A stretch of DNA of 57,402 nucleotides, counting the filler, from Sphacelaria rigidula (lineage: Eukaryota), in assembly GCA_964200075.2 (NCBI GenBank). It is 7 parts of 7 records of this genome, joined end to end, with 100 filler letters (N's around TTAATTAATTAA, not from the genome) between each part and the next. Parts side by side here need not be neighbours in the genome. Positions count along the whole stretch, not along the records: positions 41,075 to 49,188 come from CAXNAA020012252.1; positions 49,289 to 57,402 come from CAXNAA020012253.1; 5 more parts are not named here. One strand, written 5' to 3'. A program made the translations under genes and the position numbers. The notes under the pieces were generated by a model. The model was not told the DNA's origin. It ran no database searches and was given only the letters and a program-made list of their open reading frames with translations. Shown in pieces: positions 46,324-57,402 of the stretch (positions within the stretch are counted from its first letter, which is position 1; the number at the start of each line of letters is the position of its first letter).

Positions 46324-49044
46324 CTACTCCGGCCATGAGCGGGGCGTTTTGGGTGTAACTTGATCTGACCAAGGCCGGTAGCTAGCGCGTTGTGAGTGGG
46401 ATTGCGTTCTTGTGGTCAAATGGAATAAGGTCGAGCAATAGTACCAAGAATGTATCAAACGGTGCTATCCCCGCTGGATCCCACAGCATTATCATGGCGT
46501 GGATCTACACAGGTGTGCATCACTAACTTTACATAAGTTGTACCGATCATTTCATACGATGCGTTGGAGTCGTACGCGATCATTTCATTTATGTTTCTTT
46601 GTCGTGCGTTCAACCTCTGTACGGGATAAACCCGTCTCTCCACGGTTCTCTACCGTACTTGCTGCCGAAACTCGTGAAGTAGATATGTTGCTCTCTCAAT
46701 TCAAACATGAGTCCGTGGGCCTCGCTCACAGTTATGGAACAGAGATTCGATGTTGCAAGGGCGCTTTCATGTCATGGCTTGTCTAGAGCTGTGGGGTAGC
46801 TCCTTTCGTACGTGGTTTAGAAGAGGGAGGAGGGTAGAGATCGTTTTGTGCCAGCAACGTGGTTCGCCGTGCGCATCAAAGCCCCAGCATCGGTGATCAT
46901 CATCTCGAGCGGTAAGACACCCTACATCACGCCTCCGGGCTGCGACTGACGATACTTCTATATATTGAGCCGTCACCAATGGAAAGACTGCAAGGGCAGC
47001 TTGACACAACATGGTGACAGCAGCCTGCGAAGTTCGGGTCAATGTGGAGGGACAAACCCGATCGCACTCTCGACTTGAGTCGATACTTGGAGCCTAGGCC
47101 GCAACACGCCACGGTCCTAGGCGCGATCGACGCCGGTTCTACCCCAACTACACAAACATTTCCGGGTGAATTGCGACGACTGCTAACCTAGCAGCAGTTG
47201 AGTAATCGCACGGTGTATACGTGAGCGGGAGGATCGTGGGACGTGGGTTTGTTTTTAGGGACTGGGGCTGGGCTTCGAGTTCAACCGTACGTCCACGATC
47301 ATGGATCTGATTGATTGGTTGGTTGATTGATGATCACAGATAAACTGACCACTCAGGGATTGAGCGATGGTCACATTATGGACGTACTCGAGATAAAACT
47401 AAACGGAAGCACTCTCTGAAGAAAAGCGAAGAGAACATGAATCGTGGCGCCTATAATGCTGCGTTTCAATGGTGGTGCCGACACACGAGGATATCTATGC
47501 TTTCCACGCTCCCTTGTAGATGGCTTGGGTTCGTCCAATAGCTACAGCGTTTGTACGGAGCAGTGGTCCCATCATTGTTGGTCCATCATTATACTGCCCG
47601 CCTAGGTTAATATCAGCACCTGTACTACCGTTTTTGCAGCACCAGGACGCTGGTTTCTCGTTGTGATGTTGACGTAAGAGACCCATTGTGCCTGCCTCGA
47701 CGAGCATCAGTAGCTTCTCTTACCGGCTCATCAATGCTCATCGGGGCTTACAGAGGCTCGTCGACAGATCGACGTGTAGTTGATAGCCCGTTGACCGCGA
47801 ATCCTTCCAGCGTGAATTACAGTGACCGCTGTCTTTCACCGTGAGGAACTATTGATCGTGTACGCAACCGAAATGTCTATTTCTGGTAGACGGTTTCGGA
47901 GAAAGTGAGAGGTTCTAACAGAAACTAGGACATGTTTCTTGCGCAACATTACCCACCTCGACTGTCTCAAAGCTAGGCCATATCTCGCCGTGACCTGTAG
48001 GCTATGCAAGCACGCCAGAAAGGAGGTACCGTTGTCCAGTCATGGTCACCTACCCCGCCCTAGCCGAAAAAGATGAATACAGCCAGTAAGTCATGATACA
48101 GAGCCATAGAGGCAGCAGAACGGAGCTGTCAGCGAGACTATTGGTCCGATAGGAGACTTTGCGGTCAACGGTTATATTATCTCGGTGATCCTGTGCTGCG
48201 GGGAGAATGGCGGGTCGTTTCAACACTGCCACTGCTGATATTGATACGCCGAGATCAGATCGCAGATGCAGCAGAAAATATGCGATCCAGCAGGGACTTT
48301 ATTCTCACGGCAAAATCAGGAAATCTACATTTCGGGACAGGTTGAGCCGCAAGACAAGCATGGGTACTTTTGACAATACCTACTGCTGTAGAGGTAGCCG
48401 TCAAAACACAGATATGTCGATGGTTAGCCAATAAATCCAGAGAGCTTGTAGGATTGTCGCAGATCTTGCTGCTATCCATACGACGAAGATTTTGCAGAAA
48501 GCGTTGAACCGACGAGATATTTCTTGGGCCAAAAAAATGGCACATCTCAAGATTAATTTCTGCCTGATCTTCTGTGCCGTGTTAGATCAGAAAACGGTTA
48601 CAGTCACAACCCTCAAGCGGATACTGTCATCCGAAAACTAATGGAACATATCACGGGTCGGCGAAACTCATGATCGCTCCTATTTCTGCGGCATGAGAGC
48701 CAAACGTACGATTCACGTATTTGACCGATGACAGATACACCGGTGGTCTTGTTTGCCGTAGTCACGGCTCGTCTTCCTTCGATCTCGTGTGTCGGTCGGA
48801 ATTTGGACCCAATCCCGAAACAGCTCCATGGCAACACTTCATGACCAACGATATCTGTGACAATCACGTGACGCTTGAGACCGCAGACCAAACTTCTGGT
48901 TTAGTATGGACAGTGTGCGGTGGCATGGTACCTGCGGTTGAGATTTCAAGGGTGTTTCTCAGTATGTTTGGCGTGAAACTGTTGGTTGCCACAAAAGCTG
49001 CTTGGCATCCAAGAAAAGGTAAATTGAAGGATCCACATTGAAGA

Positions 49045-49188
49045 GCCGGTCGCCGCGGTGGCTCAGTTGGTAACCTCGACACCTTCTGACGGTTGGGTCG
49101 TGGGTTCGATTCTCGGAGCGATCTGGGATTTTTTATCACACCATGCTCAACAGTGGAGAGCGGCTATGTCGTGGGTACACAAAATTCG
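49045..49188 (+). mobile_element. SINE family A, 5' part (tRNA-like head)
   Basis: tggctcagttgg (A box) and ggttcgattc (B box), continuing into sequence matching the reverse complement of 26461-26530. Cut by the contig end. Confidence 0.85.
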
Positions 49189-49288
49189 NNNNNNNNNNNN
49201 NNNNNNNNNNNNNNNNNNNNNNNNNNNNNNNNTTAATTAATTAANNNNNNNNNNNNNNNNNNNNNNNNNNNNNNNNNNNNNNNNNNNN
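49189..49288. other. Artificial contig linker
   Basis: N44-TTAATTAATTAA-N44. Confidence 0.98.
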
Positions 49289-49301
49289 GGTTGGTGTTTT
49301 C

Positions 49302-49367
49302 GTGCTCATTTGTTGCGTGGCTTAGTCATTTGCCCATTGACCACGCATCCCTTTCGAGACGGAGCAC
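49302..49367 (-). repeat. 66-bp dispersed structured repeat, copy 3
   Basis: Reverse complement: gtgctccgtctcgaaagggatgcgtggtcaatgggcaaatgactaagccacgcaacaaatgagcac. Confidence 0.85.
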
Positions 49368-49599
49368 AAGCATGAAGGGAGGGGGGGAAGGAAAGGAGAG
49401 GGAGCAACAAAGTGTGAACTCGTTTGCTGCCGCCATGTGCAATAGTTGTGCTCGTAAGCCCCCATCACGCGAGCGGGCGACATCGCGGGACCGTCTGGAG
49501 CACTATCATCAGCACGGAGTTTTTCCCCTCCTAACTATCAACCATGGCAATTTTTCGCTGCTCACCACCCGTCGCTAACGCCTGCGGGTCTGCACACAT

Positions 49600-49880
49600 C
49601 CAACGAGTCATCACGAGTCATTACAAAAAAGATGGGGAACAGTCTGACTCACTCACGTCCCATGAGTCTTTCGGGAATAATTAGGAAGAGTTTGGCCCAA
49701 GTCTCATACCTGTCATTTCGGAAAAATAGAGCCGAGTCTGACTCAAATCCTATGAAGTCGTATATATGTATATATATATATATACTCAATGACTCGTAGG
49801 ACTCGACTTGAGCAGGTACTATGCGTCATTCAGAAAAGTGAGAACGAGTCTGACTTGAGTCCTAGGATTAGGACTTATGG
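49600..49880. repeat. GAGTC/GACTC-motif-rich repeat (related segment at 50565-50655)
   Basis: Many gagtca, gagtctgact and gactc motifs in both orientations. Confidence 0.55.
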
Positions 49881-50679
49881 ATTGGTCCATCCCACCAATA
49901 AACCAACGCGTCGGCACTACACTGGCGGAGCTAACATATTGCGATACGGCGATGCTGCGGTGGTGTTGTGGCGGTGCAGCCGCCACGCGAAAGTGCCCCC
50001 TTCTCCTCCCCGGCTGATGAGAGGGCTCTGCCGGAGGCGCCAGTGGTGAATAAAAAAAGCGTCCTGCTTTAGCCTCCCTTCAAAATCCAGCTCATTAATT
50101 CCATTACTGGCAAAAAAATGCGATTTGGTTAGCGAGGTCATTTTGGATCTTCAAACGGTAGCATTCTACGCGCACGGATTTGAATTTTGAAGAGAAAAAT
50201 GAAGCAGAAAAAACAGATAGTATGAAAAAATAAAGAAATGATACGTGCCTGTTCTGTAGCGTTTACTCAGGTGTATCCTATATCTGTGCGCTGAGAAACA
50301 AAAAGCAGCTAGAGTGGTGGCTTACATGCTCCTGGTCTCCGGCTGGGGGTTGCGCTGCTACAGCAACACCTCCTCAGGCCATCCTTACAGCGAGATAGTA
50401 TTCATTACATAGAGCACTCTTTAGAAAGCAAGCATGAGACGTGCACGTTCAATGACTTACGTAGATATATAGCCGCTGATGATGATCAATGTCAACACAG
50501 TGCGCAAGGTATTGACATCCTCCGGTGTGCACTGTACCGGTTCCAGTACATATAATAGCTCTATTTTAGAGTCACTCAGAAAAATGAGGACGAGTCCGAG
50601 TGGAGTCATTCGAGTCATTGACAAAAAAAACGGTGAATCTGACATGCGGTCAGTCACACAGTGGGTGCTGCTAGGTCGG

Positions 50680-50935
50680 TTCTGGAAGTGGCGATACCAG
50701 AAAATGAAACAACCCATTCGAAGCTGTCGTCCGTATGCAAGACGTTCAGTAAGCTTCGGGCCAAACAATCTAAGCAGCATGCAGTCCACCCCTCATGCGA
50801 CTCGCCGAACACATCACAGCGCTTCGCGCTTGGTGATTGCAAGCCTGGTCCGGCGAAAACCCGGCGCGGTCCGTCTCGGCTTTGTAGTGATGTGAGGTCA
50901 ATGGTCTTATGACTACGGCATGCAAGATCATAAGC
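50680..50935 (+). repeat. Dispersed repeat family C copy
   Basis: Colinear with 9213-9460. Confidence 0.85.
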
Positions 50936-51244
50936 ACACTTCCCCCCCCCCCCTCCCAGCGTTCACGAAAATTGTGTACCGATCCCCTCTATCAAGGAAA
51001 TTATTGCTTAACCCTGTGGCCGCGAGGGTAGGTCACCTTCTGAATCGGCATCAATTTCACTTGAAAAATATGCGTGATACGGATGGACTACCCGCATCGC
51101 GGTCTAGGGATCAACACACTCACGGGAGAGAACATCTGCAAAACCCAAGAAGTTGGAATGCATCAAAGATGCTTATAAGATGGGGTAGTAGAGTCCGAGT
51201 ACGGGTAATCTGACTTGTCGACACTCCACAGGTTGTCTCAAATA

Positions 51245-51690
51245 TCCACTATTCTCAGCGGTCGATATCCCCCGATATTCACATATATCGGAAGGTGTAG
51301 ACTGGCGTCCAGAATAGATGATATGGCAACACAGCACACTCTGGACTGCCCATTATTTTCGGCAGTCGACATTCCCAGGATAATCTGGAACACTCAGTAC
51401 CTTTAGAGGATACAATGCTTCATGGATTCCAGTACTTTCGGTAGTGATGCTCAGTATTTTTCACAGTCAAAACTCCGGGTACTCTCTGGGATATCCAGTA
51501 TTTTCAGTAGTCCATACCTCCATGTACTTGGAATACTCGGTATTTTCGGCAGTCGATACTCCAGGTACTCTGAAATAACCAGCATTTTCGGGGGGTCGAT
51601 ACTCTTCGGGTACTCTGGGATACTCACAACGCCCGGCGGTCGATACTCCAAGTGCTCCGGGGTACTCAAATACGTCGGCGGGTATTATCG
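51245..51690. repeat. Degenerate ~45-bp minisatellite
   Basis: Recurring ttttcggcagtcgatactcc.ggtactctg..ata. A related tract lies at about 54556-54750. Confidence 0.7.
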
Positions 51691-51704
51691 GCGGACCGCA
51701 TGAT

Positions 51705-51885
51705 ATTTTTTTCTCGATGGTATGAGGTTATTTTCTCGCTATGTGGGAGGAGCAGTTGGGATGCTGCTCTCCGGTATAATGAACACATAGGGTTAATATA
51801 TGAATAATTGCAGCTGCTGAAGTCTACGTGCCCCACATGGGAGGAGTCCACGTAGCCGAGTGGCCTCGAGTGACAAAACTCTACA
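51705..51885 (+). repeat. ~180-bp dispersed repeat (uninterrupted copy)
   Basis: Left half matches 53999-54106 and right half matches 54480-54556. Confidence 0.8.
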
Positions 51886-52937
51886 AGATACGTTATTTGA
51901 TCCGCTGTTGAACGGTCGACACTTCAAGCAAGGGGTGAGTGTGTAGGTCTGCTCAGCTTGCAGCAAACAAAATCAGCTTGAGGCGTATCTACTCCGAGAG
52001 GGACTGGCCGGAGTAGAGCCAAAGAGGTTCTGAGGTAGTGTAAGGGCGAGTTGTGGTATCGCTCGTGCGGAAGGCGCGGGCGGTTGATTAACAGCTGGCG
52101 TGACCCGATTGCGTGCCCAAAACGCGGCGCAATTACTGCACGCGTGGGTCGGGAGGATCGCGCGAGGGTTGGCTCATGGTTGGTCAGCCGCGGACAAGAA
52201 GAGTCAAAGGACTTCAAGACGTGCTAAGACCTATGCGAGAGAGAGGCGCTGTGGTCGACGTTGTATGGTGGCAAAACGCGTCTTGGTGTACGGGTAAGAG
52301 TTGTACAGTTCTGTGATTGGGAAATGGCAACGGCTTTCTAGAAACGCTGTCGTGTTGCATTTTGATTGCTCATGATGTATGCATGTCATGATCGCCCGGC
52401 GCTTGGCGAGAAGCGCGGAGGTAGCGGCAAAGCTTGTTCGACTGCTCAACCCTTGGACAGCGAGAGTAGGTCATCTGTTGAATCGGCATCAATATCACTT
52501 GAGAAAAGTATGCATGATGCAGATGGACTACCCTCGCGGTCTAAGGGTATAGGTGACGATGTGCAGCAATATGTTCGATCCATAGTTAAGTTTGTCCTTG
52601 TGCTGACGCGGGACATGCCACACTACGGCCGTTTGTCATCTAGTTCGATATTCGCCGAGTTCTTACCGCGGTATGAGGATTATGTGCGTAAGTACACTGC
52701 TAGGTGAACGCGGGTGGGACAGACTCGAACGTTTTTTGAGGTGCCAACAGTTTCACATCTCATGCCCATTCATACCGAGAGATATCTTTGTTCGACGATC
52801 TTGAATCATGCTCGTGATGATCGGCACAAACAGTTGCTAATCGTGTTGCGCAAGCATGCGTCCTACGCGAGCGCTGATGCGCACCGGACGTCAAGACAGA
52901 AGCCATCTCCGCGTGTGATGCACGGCGCTGGGACCGC

Positions 52938-53062
52938 AGATGGTGGTAGTTGGGATGTTGGTCATCCCCGGATGCACACGCCGCGCCCGCGTCTAAAGCA
53001 AAGATGGTGGTGGCTGAGATGGTCGTCCCCGGATGCGCACGCCGTGCCCGCGTCTAACGCAA
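52938..53062. repeat. ~63-bp tandem duplication
   Basis: agatggtggt...tggtc.tccccggatgc.cacgccg.gcccgcgtctaa.gcaa occurs twice. Confidence 0.8.
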
Positions 53063-54106
53063 CGACGCCGGATGGCTGCCTGCACTGTGGAGACGACGAA
53101 GGTCACGCAGCATTTGTCCGTCCGAGGGGACAGGTACGACAGCACGCCGGCTGAGAGCACAGGAGTAGGGACACGCACAAGAACGCTGGAAAAGGTACAG
53201 CTGCCGCTGTTGCCATCGAGGAGCTAGCTGGGCAGAAGGCGGTGGCCAGAGCGTGTCATCGTGGATTGATTGGCGAAATAAATATTTCAAGCTTTTCACG
53301 AAGGAGGGGTGTGCGATGCATGCGCTATCCCGGAGTTGAACAACCAAGAGGGTCAGCTGCATTTGAGACGTGTTGGACATTTACTTCATTCCTAGTTTCG
53401 GGGTGGTGTATCGGTTGGCTGGTGCACTCCGTTGCGCGCAGGTGATGAACGTACGAGTGTGCATTCTACAGGTTGAAAAAAGTACTTCATCTCGAAAAGG
53501 AGAGACGAGTATTCACGAACGCTTTGGAATTTGATGTTAATTGACGTTTGAGCTTTTTCTTTGCCGGTTCAGCGCGAATGGACTTGTTTGGGCAAGGATT
53601 TGGGAATATCGCGTCAGCTATGGCTCCGTAACTCGGAGTGGTGGAAGTGTTGGGACTATCGCAAGATTGCATGTTTATGATAGATGTTCTGTACCTCGTG
53701 CGGGTTGTTCGGAAAACGAACAGGCTTGTATAAAGCTGTCACCGTATGCAGCGACAGGTATTACCATTTTACGTGAAAAATGACGATACTGCTAGGCAGC
53801 AATGATGTCCGAGTTTGTCAAGCTCTAGTTTGAATACTTGTCGGTAGGTACCGAGCGTTGAGGGTGCTGTAGACTCTGTCCACCATTGTTAACTGCATTC
53901 GACACACGAATGCAGTCGGGATAACGTGTAGTAGGCATGTGTTTACGGCTAGTTGATGGATCGCGGGTCTATGGGTATAATTGGTGGGCCCTGTGAATGT
54001 TTTTTCTCGATGGTATGATGTTGTCTCCTCACTCTGTGGGAGGAGCAGCTGGGATGCTGCTCTCCGGGATAGTGAACACCGATGGTTAATTATATGAATA
54101 ACTACA

Positions 54107-54412
54107 GATTGGTCTGTTCTACGCGACCGATTCGGTTATCGGCTTACTCGCTGTTACTACTCTGTGTATACACCAGTACGTGGCAAGGTAGTCGGAGAGA
54201 TCGCACTCGGGGAGTTTTAAAATCCCAGTAGGTCTCCTGCAGTTCAATCGGTCTTGTACGGATCTATCGTAGTGTAGGTGCCCTTTTTTGGTGTAGATGC
54301 TTTATTCCTTGCCTTCCTCTGCGGGCTATTTGATTTATGGGTATGGGTGGTACGCTCCTTGCACTCTGTGACCACGGGTTCGAGAGATCGAGCTAATGTG
54401 ACGAACACAACG

Positions 54413-54480
<68 letters not shown>
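54107..54480 (+). mobile_element. ~370-bp insertion ending in a long (AAT)n tract (SINE/retroposon-like)
   Basis: Absent from the paralogous site at about 51810. Second copy at 41272-41508. AAT run at about 54414-54480. Confidence 0.75.
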
Positions 54481-54482
<2 letters not shown>

Positions 54483-57402
54483 GCCGCTGAAGTCTACGTG
54501 CTCATCACGCGAGGAGTCCGCGTAGCCGAGTGGCCATGAGTGAGAAAACTCTACAGTACTCTGGGATACTTGATATTTCGGCAGCCGATACTCAAGGTAC
54601 CCCTGAATGCCCAATATTTTCGGTAGTCCTGTCTCGTCGATACTCTGAAATACTCAGTACGACAATCGATACTTCAGGCCCTCTTCGTACTGGAAAGGCT
54701 CTAGAAATCCAGAGCCCCTGAAGTATCGTACTCCATCCGAAGTACCTCTGGAATGCACAGGTATCCTACGTTCTGAACACATTTGCAAAGAGAACGAGCA
54801 CCAACAAGCCTCCCGGGTATCCGCCAAACGTCCGTAAGGTTTAACGCAAATCCACCACAGCTTGTTGTTTCGAGTGAAGGAAAGCGATGTCCTCCAGGTG
54901 GGTGTCCTTTACACTCAGGTCTAACCCTAATTCTGAGCTGCAGGGCGTATCTTGTTCGCACTACGTGCGTACGTATGTAGAGCGTTCTATTGCCATCGAC
55001 CAGCAGAACGCCTCTTGGTTCGTCATATCAATATCCAATATTTTGATCACATTACCATCTGGAGGAAAGCCAGTATCAGAACAAATGTTATGGATACATA
55101 ACGCTGATTTTTTTCATCAGATCGCACATGGCTATCCCTTGTGGATATGAAATCAAGAAAACGCCACTGGTTAGATATTGTTTTGTGTCATCAATCATTT
55201 TGACCAACTTGACACAAGATGGAGTGGCCATTTTGTATCGCGTCGCCCGCCAATGCAAAGTCACAATATCATTGAATGATTACAAATCGAAACATATCAT
55301 GCTCTATACCGTATGCTACAGCACAGAACCACATCAGCATCGCTGATTTTGACAGTCACCGTAGAGAAACGCGACAACCCACGATGGAGGCGTTGAGTGC
55401 GCCGTGATTTGTTTGGGCCTTTCAGGTGTAAAAAATGTGAAGAAACAAGAGCTTTCGTGTTTGCATTCGTGCGTGTATTGACAATAGCGGACAGGCGCTC
55501 AGATGCCTTGCATGTAATGTTTTTCCCGGGAGGTTTATACAGTCGCTCCGTTCAGGACGAAGCAAGCAGAAGTTGGCATGTGTTTTAAATATTTGTGATG
55601 CCACAAACGGAATGTTTTCGGGATGGGCATTTTGGAGATTTGATAGCCTCGCTTCACTTCGTCCGAACTTGTCATGCGGCCAGAGATATTTCCAGGGCCT
55701 GTCACAGCAAAAAGTCTCGACAGGAGAACTGCACGGGACGGAATTTCAGTCCCGTCCTACCCTCACGCGAAAATTGCCGGGAATTCTTGTCAGATTGGAC
55801 GATTCCGTCCAATCCGACCGGGACTATATATTTGCACCAGTGATGTGTGGGAACATGTTTTTGGTTTCGAGCCTCCGGCCCCTTCCATCAGATTGTCTTA
55901 CATTTCTAAGATCAGATGAACGGCCGAGATTATTTTACCCAGTACTTGTCACGGGACTTCGGAACGGGATGGGGATTCCCGTCTTGCTGAAGGCCATGGG
56001 ATGGAACGGGATCATTTCCCCGTCGTTGTTATGACGCAATTCGATCGCTGTTGCCGAAAGTTGCAACTCAAAACCAGTGATTAGTTCTTCGTAATTGTGT
56101 CCAGAATCGCTGCACTATCATAGATTATGGAATCATGGCGCTTTTTTCAGGGGAGTCAGATACATGTTCTCGTTCCGCCATTTTTCGTCGATTGTATATC
56201 ACTCGTGTCCTATTGGATTCTGTCTTTTTTTGGCGACGGGAAAGTGATGTTACGTCTCAGGGCAGGTCTGATTAAAAGTATTCGAGCCGACAAAAAAGCG
56301 GCGAAATTGAGTCAGGGCGACTTCGTCTATTTTGCGCGGTTTGGATCCGAGCGAATTTGCAAGTGCACGACAAGAAAACTACGGTGGGTGTTGGCAACTA
56401 AGGGCAGATAGCCCCCCCCACTTCACAGTTGTTCACATGGTTATCAGGAGACACGGGAACGGTCCTTTTCCTGTCTAAACGCCGATACCTAGAGCTTCGT
56501 TCGATATCCCGGTGCAGCATATGGGTAATGGCCAGAAATGATATAAACTGTAAATCAACAGTTCTTCAGGTGTTGGCAGTCACAACTGTGCGGCGCGTCT
56601 CACGTTGTTGCTCACAACTCGACAAGCCCGTTGCTGTTGTTGTTTGGCCGAGCAGCCACAACGTTGGTGATACGTGGCTTGCACGAGCTGTCTTTCCCTC
56701 TCGCCTTATCCCGAGCTGCGAGTTGAAACCGCGATGCCAGCACGGGAGTCAAGGCGGTAACCGTCCAGGAAGTAGTGTCGTTTCAACAGAGAACAGCCCG
56801 AGGCCGATCCCTAAACACAAAGTTATACAAATGATTACCTAGCCTGGTTATGGGGGTAGTCCACCAGGGCATTTGTTTTTTATGCGCGCACATGATTCGC
56901 ATAAATGATGAGTTGTTGTGTTTCGGTGTTCCACACTAAAATCAAGTAATTGTAACGCTTCGGCGGGGTTTCCGCTGCAAAATGACCCCCTTTAAGCGAG
57001 ACGCATAAGTTTTTGGGAAAAAAACGCATAAGAAACAAAAGCCTAAAGTCTACCTCTCAGATCACCCGAATTTCTCGGGACAGAAAAAAAAGGAATCGAA
57101 AATGTTCCGGTTCAAGCGGACTATCGCTCCCTGAAATTCGCTGAGGTGATTCAACTCACCCGTGATCTGGCGAACCGTAACATTTTACATCTCAATCACC
57201 TGCCACAAGAGTCGACCTAAGGGCGTGTGTTCGCACATTTTTTTCGATCGAAAAAAAGGGGCGGTGGAAGTGATTTGAGCAAAGTTCGTTCGTTTTTCTC
57301 GAGTTGGGTCCGAGCGAATTTGTAAGCTTTCACGCTTAGGACGAATCATCACGACTAAAAACCACCAAATTCACGATTTCTTCGGCCTGATTGCCCAAAA
57401 GG

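Noticed and set aside
46770-48240. Upstream exons of the DUF2358-like gene
   Set aside because: Several short open frames are present, but none has convincing splice sites plus homology.
54278-54614. Poly-Ile and poly-Leu ORFs
   Set aside because: These are translations of the (AAT)n microsatellite.

Overview
This is not one locus. It is seven eukaryotic contigs of nearly equal length (8115, 8115, 8115, 8115, 8114, 8114, 8114 bp) joined by 100-bp artificial linkers (N44-TTAATTAATTAA-N44), so nothing can be inferred from adjacency across linkers. The DNA is intron- and repeat-rich. It looks like a brown alga or other stramenopile (inference from kb-long TE-filled introns, a WSC exon and the RTE-like LINE). 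Spliced gene pieces I could reconstruct by hand: a G-patch protein (2 exons, probably joined by a GC-AG intron), a lactonase-family beta-propeller (2 exons), a GBBH-like/DUF971 exon, a terminal WSC exon, a BED-finger-like first exon and a 4-exon SnoaL/DUF2358-like gene. The rest is a decayed Ty3/gypsy element lacking its RT core, a LINE RT fragment, two tRNA-derived SINE families, an (AAT)n-tailed insertion and many MITE/foldback elements. The most unexplained signal is a 66-bp dispersed repeat found in 4 contigs. It folds into a three-way junction with a GNRA tetraloop, wobble-compatible changes and one compensatory change, making it a candidate mobile structured RNA. There are no CRISPR arrays, rRNA genes or true tRNA genes. 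Most ORFs in the supplied track are spurious.
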